This document shows positions 11,960 through 24,417 of a stretch of DNA of 64,000 nucleotides, piece by piece. Every line of letters begins with the position of its first letter. Position 1 is the first letter of the stretch. The position numbers were made by a program, and so were the translations under genes. The notes below the pieces were generated by a model, which was given only the letters and a program-made list of their open reading frames with translations, was not told the DNA's origin and ran no database searches. The stretch covers positions 23,064,001 to 23,128,000 of the forward strand of contig OZ038378.1 in the NCBI GenBank assembly GCA_964036045.1, given 5' to 3'. The DNA is from Eutreptiella sp. 'Long Island Sound 2002' (lineage: Eukaryota; Protista; Euglenida).

Positions 11960-14900
11960 TTAAAAATGGGTTAACAGCCCGTTTTTTTTTGGTAAAAAAA
12001 CGGGTTGTCCGTCCCCAGCCACACAACCCGTTTTTTTACCAAAAAAAAACGGGCTGTCCCCCGGCGTTGGCCGGACAACCCGTTTTTTTACCAAAAAAAA
12101 ACGGGTTGTCTCTAGACAACCCGTTTTTTTACCAACAAAAAACGGGCTGTCTCTTTACAGCCCGTTTTTTTACCAACAAAAAACGGGTTGTGACCTTCTT
12201 TTAGCGCCAGGGGGTTGCCAAAATAGGGCACTTTAAATTTTTCCATTTTTCAACCAAAAAAAAACCGTTTTGGGTGTGTGGATGCCACATGATGATGTCA
12301 TCAAGGCTCCCAAAGGAAAAGGAGTAACATCAATAGGAGGTTGACTTGTGGATGTTCCTCACGTGCCCGAACAGGTAGCCCCCATTGCACTTGTGGCAGA
12401 TTCGAGCCCTGGAAAGGTTAGTGTGACCTCCTCGCAACAATCGGCTTGTGACGAGTGAAGGCTCGTTGCTTGCTTTGTGAACCCATTGATGCCGGCCTTG
12501 AGCTGGTTGCTGAGGATCTCTTTGTGCAACAACAGGATGCACCATCACCTCCATCTGCGCCTATTTCAACTCCGATTGATGTTGCACAACCGGGAGGTGG
12601 TGAGGAGAGGGATGAGAGTAGGAGTGGCGAGGAAGAAGAGGAGTTTGAGGCGGAGAGGATCATTGGTAAGAAAGTTCATCGTGGCAAGCCATTGTACTTG
12701 GTGCGATGGAAGGGTTGTGGGAAAGAAGATGACTCTCTTATTGCTTTGGTCAGGCCGGACTCAGAAATGGGGGTGGGTCTCTTAAATGGTCATTTGGTGG
12801 TGGGTCTACTGCATTTGAGTTTGTATATCATTCTCTTGCTTTGCTTCTTCTCAAAGGGTGCTTTGCTAGGCAAGGGGGACCCACACCGGACACTTGGGGG
12901 GTTCATACAAGGTGGATCGTCTTGGTACCCCGGCGTTGGCCGGTTGGAGTTTGTATATCATTCTTTTGCTTTGCTTCTTCTCAAAGGGTGCTTTGCTAGG
13001 CAAGGGGGACCCACACCGGACACTTGGGTGGTTCATACAAGGTCTGGACAACCCGTTTTTTTACCAAAAAAAAACGGGCTGTCCCCCGGCGTTGGCCGGA
13101 CAACCCGTTTTTTTACCAAAAAAAAACGGGTTGTCTCTAGACAACCCGTTTTTTTACCAACAAAAAACGGGCTGTCTCTTTACAGCCCGTTTTTTTACCA
13201 ACAAAAAACGGGTTGTGACCTTCTTTTAGCGCCAGGGGGTTGCCAAAATAGGGCACTTTAAATTTTTCCATTTTTCAACCAAAAAAAAACCGTTTTGGGT
13301 GTGTGGATGCCACATGATGATGTCATCAAGGCTCCCAAAGGAAAAGGAGTAACATCAATAGGAGGTTGACTTGTGGATGTTCCTCACGTGCCCGAACAGG
13401 TAGCCCCCATTGCACTTGTGGCAGATTCGAGCCCTGGAAAGGTTAGTGTGACCTCCTCGCAACAATCGGCTTGTGACGAGTGAAGGCTCGTTGCTTGCTT
13501 TGTGAACCCATTGATGCCGGCCTTGAGCTGGTTGCTGAGGATCTCTTTGTGCAACAACAGGATGCACCATCACCTCCATCTGCGCCTATTTCAACTCCGA
13601 TTGATGTTGCACAACCGGGAGGTGGTGAGGAGAGGGATGAGAGTAGGAGTGGCGAGGAAGAAGAGGAGTTTGAGGCGGAGAGGATCATTGGTAAGAAAGT
13701 TCATCGTGGCAAGCCATTGTACTTGGTGCGATGGAAGGGTTGTGGGAAAGAAGATGACTCTCTTATTGCTTTGGTCAGGCCGGACTCAGAAATGGGGGTG
13801 GGTCTCTTAAATGGTCATTTGGTGGTGGGTCTACTGCATTTGAGTTTGTATATCATTCTCTTGCTTTGCTTCTTCTCAAAGGGTGCTTTGCTAGGCAAGG
13901 GGGACCCACACCGGACACTTGGGGGGTTCATACAAGGTGGATCGTCTTGGTACCCCGGCGTTGGCCGGTTGGAGTTTGTATATCATTCTTTTGCTTTGCT
14001 TCTTCTCAAAGGGTGCTTTGCTAGGCAAGGGGGACCCACACCGGACACTTGGGTGGTTCATACAAGGTCTGGACAACCCGTTTTTTTACCAAAAAAAAAC
14101 GGGCTGTCCCCCGGCGTTGGCCGGACAACCCGTTTTTTTACCAAAAAAAAACGGGTTGTCTCTAGACAACCCGTTTTTTTACCAACAAAAAACGGGCTGT
14201 CTCTTTACAGCCCGTTTTTTTACCAACAAAAAACGGGTTGTGACCTTCTTTTAGCGCCAGGGGGTTGCCAAAATAGGGCACTTTAAATTTTTCCATTTTT
14301 CAACCAAAAAAAAACCGTTTTGGGTGTGTGGATGCCACATGATGATGTCATCAAGGCTCCCAAAGGAAAAGGAGTAACATCAATAGGAGGTTGATTTGTG
14401 GATGTTCCTCACGTGCCCGAACAGGTAGCCCCCATTGCACTTGTGGCAGATTCGAGCCCTGAAAAGGTTAGTGTGACCTCCTCGCAACAATCGGCTTGTG
14501 ACGAGTGAAGGCTCGTTGCTTGCTTTGTGAACCCATTGATGCCGGCCTTGAGCTGGTTGCTGAGGATCTCTTTGTGCAACAACAGGATGCACCATCACCT
14601 CCATCTGCGCCTATTTCAACTCCGATTGATGTTGCACAACCGGGAGGTGGTGAGGAGAGGGATGAGAGTAGGAGTGGCGAGGAAGAAGAGGAGTTTGAGG
14701 CGGAGAGGATCATTGGTAAGAAAGTTCATCGTGGCAAGCCATTGTACTTGGTGCGATGGAAGGGTTGTGGGAAAGAAGATGACTCTCTTATTGCTTTGGT
14801 CAGGCCGGACTCAGAAATGGGGGTGGGTCTCTTAAATGGTCATTTGGTGGTGGGTCTACTGCATTTGAGTTTGTATATCATTCTCTTGCTTTGCTTCTTC

Positions 14901-15270
14901 TCAAAGGGTGCTTTGCTAGGCAAGGGGGACCCACACCGGACACTTGGGGGGTTCATACAAGGTGGATCGTCTTGGTACCCCGGCGTTGGCCGGTTGGAGT
15001 TTGTATATCATTCTTTTGCTTTGCTTCTTCTCAAAGGGTGCTTTGCTAGGCAAGGGGGACCCACACCGGACACTTGGGTGGTTCATACAAGGTCTGGACA
15101 ACCCGTTGTTTTACCAAAAAAAAACGGGCTGTCCCCCGGCGTTGGCCGGACAACCCGTTTTTTTACCAAAAAAAAACGGGCTTTAAAACCCATTTTTAAA
15201 AAAAACGGGCTGTCACCTTCGCTGACTACAGCCCGTTTTTTTTCGGTAAAAAAACGGGTTAATAGCCCGT
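11960..15270 (+). repeat. Tandem array of three near-identical 1025-bp units: A/T-stem hairpin cassette, truncated chromodomain, and an internal approx. 120-bp direct repeat
   Basis: ORF track repeats at 12455/13480/14505 (period 1025). Only a few substitutions were seen, all in unit 3. The hairpin unit is acaacccgttttttt-acc-aaaaaaaacgggctgt. Confidence 0.95.
12641..12736 (+). pseudogene. Truncated chromodomain, copy 1 (copies 2 and 3 at 13666-13761 and 14691-14786)
   Basis: EFEAERIIGKKVHRGKPLYLVRWKGCGKEDDS: the chromo N-terminal motifs are present. The KGY tyrosine is replaced by C, and the TWEP motif and C-terminal helix are missing. Confidence 0.8.
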
Positions 15271-16500
15271 TTTCCTTATAGAATCTTGGCATGAAGCAAA
15301 AATGTATGTCTCACCATTCCAACACGAGAAGAGAAGTTGCATGAAACAGAGACTTTCCTTTGACTTTGAGTTCATCAACTTGTCAAGTTGTTCACGTTCC
15401 TTGCATGCCTTTTGTTTTTGTTTGCCCTTCATGTTGCATGCATTGCCCTTAATTAGTGCCTAGGATCCAACTTCAAGAGACCCACATGTAGTGAAGTCCC
15501 TGCCTATTAATGAGTGACTTCACTGCATGGGGATGAGAAACCCAATTTTCACATCCATTGGGACATCCTAAATCTGCATCCATTTCTATTTGTCCATAGG
15601 CATCCCACATCGATGTGATTTGTAGGATTTCCCCATCCAAATCGAAGCTTGTGGGTGCATCCCGCATCCATTTAATTTATCGGATTTTCCCATCCAAATC
15701 CCTTCCCCACATTGGATTTCACCCTCTCCATGCATCCCAAATCCTTCCAATTTATAGATCCAAATCTTCCTTTTTATCCTCCAAAACCTTCCTTTTTTTA
15801 GGCATTTTTCTTCCCCAGTCACCATTATCCCCATCTAGTGAAGTTACTGCCCTTGTTGCTCCTTCCTCCCTATGCCCATTGGAGGGAGTACGACTTTCGC
15901 TGTCTTCGGTTGAATTTTTGACTGAATGCAACTTGCTGTCTTTGCTCTCGCCAACCTATTTTTCCGGGGCTTCATGGAATTTGTGGCGCTTCGTGAAGGT
16001 TTGCATCCAAGTCGCGATCATAATGTTTCGCTTGGGGTTTTTTCAACATCCGCGAGGAGAGGATGGAATCTGCCGACAAAAGAAGACTTGAATTTCCTAA
16101 GTCGGTGAGTACTATCCGTGCCATTTCGTATGGCAATCAGAGTTCGACATCCATGGGGCCAAGTCGTTGTGTCACCGCGTTTGCATTTAACCCCCCCTGC
16201 GTGTTGTTGATACTCCAAGTTCAATGATAGGCTAAATAAAACGACGAAAACTATTGGTGAAAGCTTGGGTGTCTTTGACGCCGCCGGTGAGAAATCCTTA
16301 GTGTACATAGGAATCATCGTCCCAATATCATCGTCCCAATGTTGTTGGTGCGGATGAAGAGACGGATCCGAAAGCCGAAGGGGTAATCGAGTGCGTGATG
16401 GCTTGCACCATTCGCATGCGCACACGGGTCGTCACGACAATTTTTCGTTGATTCATTGTGGGGTTTGTCATGACTCTCGTTCTCAAGGAATCTAGCCACG

Positions 16501-19500
16501 ATGGCTTGTTGCTTTACCATTCCCCAGTCCGAGGTGGGAATCACCGAAAGATGTGGTGCTTTTAGTGGTGAACTCCGACCTGGGTTCCACCTACTTAATC
16601 CGTGCACCACAAGTCTTGTGGGAACGGTGAGTTTGCGTGTCAAGGTGTGCGTGCCGCGCGGCCCATTTGCGAAGGGCACATGATCCGTTCCGAATTCCGT
16701 GCGGCTTTGTGAATGCCAATGGTAACGTTCATGTATGCAAGGTAAACCATGGGGGAGTTCCCTTCACCGAAAACATAGCGTTGGTTATATTTGTTAGTGT
16801 GGCCCTCATATTCCTTCTCGTTGCTTCCTTGGTCGTAGGCTTCGCTTGAAGAGGAAAGGATTCTTTTTCATTTGATAAGACTAAGTGGTGTTGACGAGGC
16901 ACGCAACATTTCAACTCGTAATAGGCGAAAATTTTGCGTTTTTCTTTGAGTTTGTGACAAAGCAGGGGCATTTGAGCGTACAAAATGCATGCTGGGGATA
17001 ATCCGAAGAGGTTCGTTTTGGGTGGTCAATATCCGCAAATTTTGGAGATACACATTTAGCGCACGCCCACAAACTAAGATGAAGTATCCCAAAGTCGTGG
17101 GCCGTCGCTCTTCGGGCATGCACATCAAGCATGCGTCTCCTCTAACGATGGTTCCACTTTTTTGCTATGATTTCATGCACTTTACATGTTTGAGCCTGGC
17201 GTCTCCACATGATACACATAATATCCATGCAAATGATGTGACCGCCTTGATAAGCCACCGCCCATGCAAGCAGGCATATTCAATCGAAGACCCTCCTTGC
17301 AGGCTTGAACTATCAAGCTATATTGCATGCCACGCTCAACCGTTTTGATCCGACAGTTGGCCAAACCCCTTGGGGCCTCTTCTACGTTGCATGGCAATCG
17401 CTCGGGAAAGTCCAAAACAAAAGTTGTCCCTATGTCTCCCAAACAGAATTTGCCATATGAGTATTCTAGATGAGATTTTGGCAAATGCCAAAGTACAAGT
17501 GCGTTTCTTCTACCTTGGATCGATTACTTTGTAACGATGGACCTCAAGCAGGAAAGCTCACGGGCTCATCGTATTTTGCCAATGTTTAGGAGAAGTAGCA
17601 ACACGCGGAATAGAGTGCTTTCAGTTTTTCATCGGTTCTCGCTGAGTATTATCATTTCATTTTAGGAACTCAGTGTTCAAATTGAGACCAAGACGAAAGA
17701 CAATGTGTTTGTGCACATGGGTGTGATCGTTCAATACAAGGTCAAGGACTCCGAAATCTTCCAGGTGTGGAGGTAGGACCAATGTGGGGGTGATTGTAAC
17801 AGGAATTTTTCTTTCTTCTCGAGGGTGGGTAATCGCGGCAATCCCAGTATTTGGGGTTGTCCCGTGGGGCACTTGCAGATGTGGGAAACCGAACTTCTCG
17901 ACGAATTGCCCCATCTCAATTTGACCACCCCATATTGGAACACCCTCTACTTGTGGCACCGCAGTTGTATGGGCACTCTTGTCTTGCCGCACGTCCTTCA
18001 ACATTCACGTTGAAAACCTTCCGACTTTGTTGTTTGAACAATTTCGCTTGGCAAAAATTGGCCTTGGTGGTTTGGCCTACTTTTTTGGATGATGGACACG
18101 ATACGACATTTTTGATGTCCACAGAGGTTGAGCCAACAAATCAACGGTGGTAGAGAGCCAATGGTCCACAAGGCTTTAAAACTCGCCAACTTTTGCGGTT
18201 TTTGTTGCCTTTTGTTCCGGGCGTGGTTGTCCGCATGCAACACTACGTGTCCATTTGCATCGTAATGACTATGCCTCATGGCCACCAGAGTTGTTCAGTC
18301 CGTAAGCACAACGATGGACAATTTGTTTTCATCGTTTTTCTTTGTCGTGACGCATCTTGAGAGGCACCATGTTGTGACATAGTTGCCTCGCTGTGCATGA
18401 GTAGAGCATCAAGTGGCACAATGGCACCATCAAAGGGCAGAGTGAGATGGGGTATGGGGATTGCCTTGAACCCCAATTTACGACCCTACACACGGGCCCG
18501 TTTTCAACAGTTCCAAATCTTGTACTTCGTTATCAAGGGGAGGGCTTGGATGGGTGGGGAACCCCACTTTCTATACATCCATTTGACGGGCGTTTGGAGG
18601 CAAGAAGTGGTTGCGATCAACGAATTGTTGCAAACAATCGTCAAGAAGCATTCAAGTCAAACATGCTATACACATTACAGGCAAGAAGTCCATAGGGGAC
18701 GGGGAAAATGCTTTTCTCGGACCATGAGACACACAATGGAGTGTGGAAGTGTGTACTTTGCCAACTATGCGGGCAATGTGCCCGTTCCGCGCGGCCACCG
18801 CGGCCACCGCCGTGCCGCCCACCCGCACCGCGTCGCCCCTCTTCTCCATTAAGTACTGCGCGCACGCCAAGTGCCCGGGGGGGGGGGGGGACGCATTACT
18901 CTTACATCTCCTGCCCCCACACCTGCAATTGTGTGCCACAATATCGACTCGCCAAAGATACCGTTGTGTGCCAAAGTGCACATTGCAGATTGCACTCCAC
19001 ACACTCCACATAGACTCCGGGACAGATTGCACTGCACCTGCCGGGCGCGCCGGGCCTGGAACGTGGCCTGTGCTTGCGGTGGCGCCGGAGGCGGCACTAC
19101 GGCTTGGGGGGTGGGGGTTAAACAGCCTGTGCCGTGCCGTGCTGTGCCACCTATGGGAAGGGGGAGGGTGTAAATGGTCTGTGCCACGCCGTGCCACAAT
19201 GTACGTACCAAATAAAGGCAGGTCATGCAAGTGAATAAGGACTGAGTTGGCATGTTGCTTCTTTTTGTGTGCTTGCCTCATCTGCACTTGCCTGTTGGTT
19301 TTCGGTGATTTACTATGAATGCACGCTATGCTTAGTTCAAATGAATTGGTTCTTTCAAGTTTCCATGTCATGGTTGAATTGTGCGACCTTTGCATGCATG
19401 TCACACTACAGCACATTACTCTTCACTTTGAACAATTCATTTGTCGTGCGATCTTGCAAGAACCTAGTTACATTGCTTATTAATTCCTTGTGCTACGTCT

Positions 19501-22500
19501 TGTTTGTTGTGTTTTGTTGTGTTGTGTTTTGTTGTGTTGTGTTGTGTTGTGTTGTGTTGTGTTGTGTTGTGTTGTGTTGTGTTGTGTTGTGTTGTGTTGT
19601 GTTGTGTTGTGTTGTTCGTTTTTTTTGCATTGTATTTGTGTTGTGTTGGATCCATTCATTACCATCGCTTGTGTGAAGAGACATTGTGACACGTGTGCGG
19701 TGCATGGTGCATACAAATTCCAGATAAGACAACATGCACTTTGTACTTCATGCAGCGACTACTTTGGGCACTACTTTGGGCCCAAGGCAAGGGTAAACAA
19801 CAAAGAAAAATTACATTGGGCCCAAGGGGCCTAGTGTGTGTGCACAACACTTCATTTTGGTCGATTTTAAGGGCCGATTTCCGGTAGGGTCCGGGGGGGT
19901 ACGGCTGGGGGGGGGGGGGGGGGGGGGCGGCCTGTGCCGTGCAGTGTTGTGCCGTGCCGTGCCGTGCCGCTAGGGGGGGGGGGAGGGGGCGCCCAAGGGG
20001 TTGTGCCACGGAGGCCGTAGTGCACCCTGGTGGTCTAGTAGTTGAACCCCGGAATGCACTATGAAACATGAACCAACATTCCCACATGTCCAACGTGGCA
20101 ATTCTATGCGACGGGGAAACCCCCAGATCAAATGTTACCAACCCGAAATTTTTGTTGGTATAGTGACCGTTGTGTTTATTGCGCTTGCAATGGAGTGAAT
20201 GCTTGCAAAACATGCAATTTTGGTGATAAATGGAGCTTACCCAGCCACGGAGGGGGGGGGCTGTCTGCTGTGTCGTGTCACGAGTGTGGTTGTTATGTCG
20301 TGTCACGTGCCTCGTTGTCATTTCGTGTCACGTGCCTAATGGTTCGTGTAGGATGGGTGGCACTTGTCTCACCTGTGCCACTTGTGTCATGACACGGGGG
20401 GGGGGGGGGGCTCATTGGAACGTGTGTCCTCACAGTGTCATGACATGGGTACGCTCCAATGATGCGCATCCGGTTTGTTTGTGCAATGCGCGTCATTCCT
20501 AATTACCACCCCGAAAGACGTGCATGCTTTTCATCGAGAAGTAACAAAGTTGCAAAGAAATGGGGAATCGGGTGTTTCACCGTGTGGGAGCTTGCTTGAC
20601 GTCACGGCTTGTGTTTCGCGCAGGCCTTTTATGCTCTCGTGGATGCGCAAAAGCAGTTAATGTCTTACATCCTGAACAATGTGCGTGGCCGTATTCCAAA
20701 CTACGAGATCGACGAGGTGTGAAGGGCTTGCTAGTGTTGTCGGACCTAATGGTTTGTGACATTTCGCGTCATTCCCACGGGGAAATCTCATTTGGCATAT
20801 CCTTTGTGTTGAAAGTGGCCAACGTTTGTTTCCGGTCTGAATTTTCGATCGTTCTTTTTTCCTTTTTAGCATTGAGTGTATATAAAGTGTGGTTTTGTCC
20901 ATTTGACGATGAGGCAATACGCATTGGGATGCTCCAATAATCCGAGGGACCGCATCCTGTAATGTTGGTTCAATACAACCTCATTTCTCTCCTTTGACTC
21001 TTGTTTGTGTCAACTCTATTCCATTGCCGAAGGGGTGGGAAAAGTGAGTTTTTTTTGCCCTTCTGATAGGGCATATTGTGAAAATCCTCCACTCAATAAC
21101 TATTGAGACACGGTTCCCCGAGTAAAGGATTACACACGCTTTGCTATCTGCAGTTGTTTACGGCCAAGGACGAAATTGCGGCTCACGTCAAGAACGATTT
21201 GGAGATGGAGTTCAATCAATTTGGATTCAGCATCATTCAGACTTTGATCACTGGTGTGCGCAATGGATAGTTGACCGTTGCAGCACAGATGGATGTGCAG
21301 ATTTCGTGAGCCAAGCGCGTGTGACGTTGCGTGCGGCTCATGTGCCGTTAATGTTCATTCAAGTGCAAGTAGAACCGAACAACCAGTCAAGAGCAGTGGT
21401 TGTTGCGCGTGTGCGTGCTAATTGGCGGATCCGAGATCAGTTTGCGCAATGCGAGGCCGGGGACCCAGCACACCAAAGATAGCGGCGTGATCGTGCAAAC
21501 CTAACAATTTCAAAGAGCCAATGCGATGTTCAGGAGTGGGCGTTGCGGTGGATCACCGGCGCGCTTTGTCTGCCGGACGAAATGCTCATTGATTGGCCAT
21601 GATGAAGTGCCAAGAGTGTGTCCTGCACTGCTGAGCGCGTTGCACAGTTGACAACCGCATGGCCCACTGTCAGACCGCACGAAAAAAAAGAGGTCACATT
21701 TGTTTCTTCTACATTCTGTGCCAAACTGACACCAGGTTGCTATCAAGCGCTGTTTAATCTGAGCACCCAACGAACATCAGTACGCAAGAACAGACCAGTG
21801 ATGGCGAAAGTGTCCGTCATTGACGCTTACTGTAAACTCCTTGCATCATCACTCGTTGCCCTTAGATATTGACCCTGCTGACACCGTAAAGAAGGCGATG
21901 AATGAGATCAACGCGGCCCGACGCATGCGTGACGCCACAAAAGATAGGGTATGCGCTGGATCGGGTCTGATCCACTGACCGAAGAAGGCCGCGCCACAGC
22001 CGCGGGTGCAATGCAATCCCTCCCTCACACGGCAAATGAATGATCAAAAATTGGATGTACCGTGGTTCAACAGCCCCCCAGTATTTCTTGCTGGTAGTTG
22101 TGGAAAGGGATGATCAAATGGATTGCGGGGCCTGTGTCGGATCCCGGTATGTCAGGTCCCCAGAGCCCCCTTCCCTTGGGAAGGATGGTGCGGTGATGAT
22201 GGCGGTGATGGCACGGACGCTGAAGAGACGTGGGCAACAAGTGGCGGTGGGCGTTTTGAGGGGAGAAGAGGGAGCAGGAGGAAGGGGGCATTGGAGCAGA
22301 TCCATTGGCTGATGGTGGGAATTACGGGTGACCTGGGATGTGGGGGGGGTCGCGAGGCCGGAAGGGGGGGGGGGGGCTCTGCGCACTGCGAACTTTCTGC
22401 GGAAGGGGATTCCGTTGGTGATGAGTTTCGGCGGACGCTGTTGCTGATTCGGCGTGACTGTTTCTCCGTTGTGAATGAATCGATGTGAGTCCTGGTGGCT

Positions 22501-24417
22501 TTGGAGACAAAAGGATCGTGGTTTCTGTTTCCCCAGTTTTGCAGGTTAGCTGCTGTGCGCGCTTGGCTGCGTGCGGTTTGCCACCCACCACAATCCAAGT
22601 ACACAGCAAACACAATCTAAAACAAGCAAGCCCGGTCTCGGCCCCACTACATTTGGTGCCCAATTCAAATTGGGACCCAAACTAGTACACTCCATACAAC
22701 GGCTGCACCTTGGACAATGCGTACCTTGACCATGTGAGGATGCTTGCTGCGCAGGCTACTGTATCAAGAATTTCGTCCCTGCCTCAAGGCTGATCCCTAC
22801 ACTGGGCAGCTTCATCCCGCCCCATGCTGCGTTTCACGCACAGGCGGAGGCCGACCGGATTCAGAAGGTGAAGGCTGCCGAAGCTGATTCCGAGAGCAAG
22901 CGTCTTTCTGGGGTCGGTATCGCCGAGCAGCGCAAGGCTGTCGTGACGGGGCTACACGACTCCATCGTAACGTTTTCGAATGCTGGGGACGTGTCGCACC
23001 AGGAGGTCTGATGCGCGGATGCACTCGGCGTCATTTGCTTTTAAGTATCAGAATTTGTCTGCCCCAGTGATAAGCTACATAAGCTCAGCACAAGCATTTA
23101 TCAAAGGTGGATTCAAGTGGCACCTTTCGTTTTTCAAATGGGGTGTGTGTGTGCACCAATGTTACAAGCTCCACATGTGAATTGTAGGGTGTTGCTCGGT
23201 GGTCACCTCCGGCACACGTGGCCCCCCTTTGTCCCGTCGGTCCTGGCTCAAGCCGTACGGTCGCACATAAATTCTCGGGTTCAGTCAGACATGCATGTTC
23301 TTCGTTCTGCACGTGACCTTCCAAGTGCCTGGGGACAAAGTAGATGCCCAGTCCCCTGCATGCCCCCCAAAATTTCAATTGGGACGTAACCAATCACGGC
23401 AGGTGTGGTGAGATATGAGCTCGGTCGAGAAAAATCGGCCCAGGGGCCAAATCCCCCCGCAGTGTTCTGCCACGGCAGAGTGTTTGCACTCCACACTGTT
23501 GCCGTGTGTTTAATTAATGTGTTGGTGCCACGACCCGCCACCCTCGAGAAACAGAACAGTGGACCAACACAGCGGGCACGTACCTCACCCATGCAGGACA
23601 TTCCCTTCCGGCTGGGCACTGTGCTATGTTATGTGGGAGCCTCCGCTGTCCGGCGAGCGTGTGCCACACTGGCCTGTCACAAACCCCAACATTAGGAGTG
23701 CGCCAATAAAGGGTGAACATGGAGGGGTGGGACAAACCCCTCAGATGTTGCTGCTCTGCTGGCAGCGGCGTCAATCGACTTCTCGCCACTCACCAAGATC
23801 CACCACCCCGGAGAGTGTGCGAAGACCTCTGGATCAGGAGGGGCAGGCGAGGACCAAGGGGGAAAGGTATCCCGCCTCAGAATGCAAATTGGGAACAAGA
23901 GGCCAAAGGAAGCAAGCGGGGGGAAGATTTTGTGTGATGCATTACCAGGGGAGACCTAGCCAACCTTTGGGGGTGTGCCATGAAGGCCGAGCAAGTGTGC
24001 TGGTTGGTATTTCCAGTTGTACACATTGATTTGGGTGTTTAGAAATAATTGTTTACATTGCTTTTCCCGTGCCACTGGGGGAAAGTATTTTCAATCGGTG
24101 AGAGTGGGACAGATGTCCCTCTGCTCACAGGTGCTGCTTCCGCCCCTGGGCGTCCCTCCCACGCCCCCCCCCGCCCCACACGCAAGAAATGGCACTGGAC
24201 ACCGGTTGTACCACGATCGCCTGTGGAGGAAAACAAGACGATTGGGTCCTGCCCGCTGGAAACATCCCATCCTCAGGTCATGCAGTTGCTGTTGATGAAT
24301 CAGTATTTTGATACTTTGAAGGACATGACCGCGCACTCCGAGCGCAGCACAATGTTTGTGCCCCACAGCCCCAACGCCGTAGAGAATTTGTCCAAACAGC
24401 TCCACAGCTGCTTGCAG
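16501..24417 (+). CDS. SPFH/band-7 domain protein, hypersensitive-induced-response (HIR)-like. Exons 16501-16644, 17666-17764, 20624-20716, 21154-21253, 21866-21948, 22844-23005, 24277-24417 (either a further 3' exon or read-through to the stop at 24483).
   Basis: Spliced product contains ETKTKDNVFV, IDPADTVKKAMNEINAARRMR, AEADSESKRLSGVGIAEQRKA and LLMNQYFDTLKD, all HIR-family motifs. All introns are GT-AG with consistent phases. Confidence 0.93.
19500..19645. repeat. (GTGTT)n pentanucleotide microsatellite in HIR intron 2
   Basis: Direct reading. Confidence 0.95.

Noticed and set aside
11955-15205. TTAA target duplication suggesting piggyBac or Kolobok
   Set aside because: The TTAA lies in A/T runs, the termini are not CCY, and the same hairpin family continues outside the right boundary.
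19269-19834. CVVLC/HNTTQ and HTHT-type ORFs (also at 3.0-3.5 kb)
   Set aside because: They are microsatellite translations.
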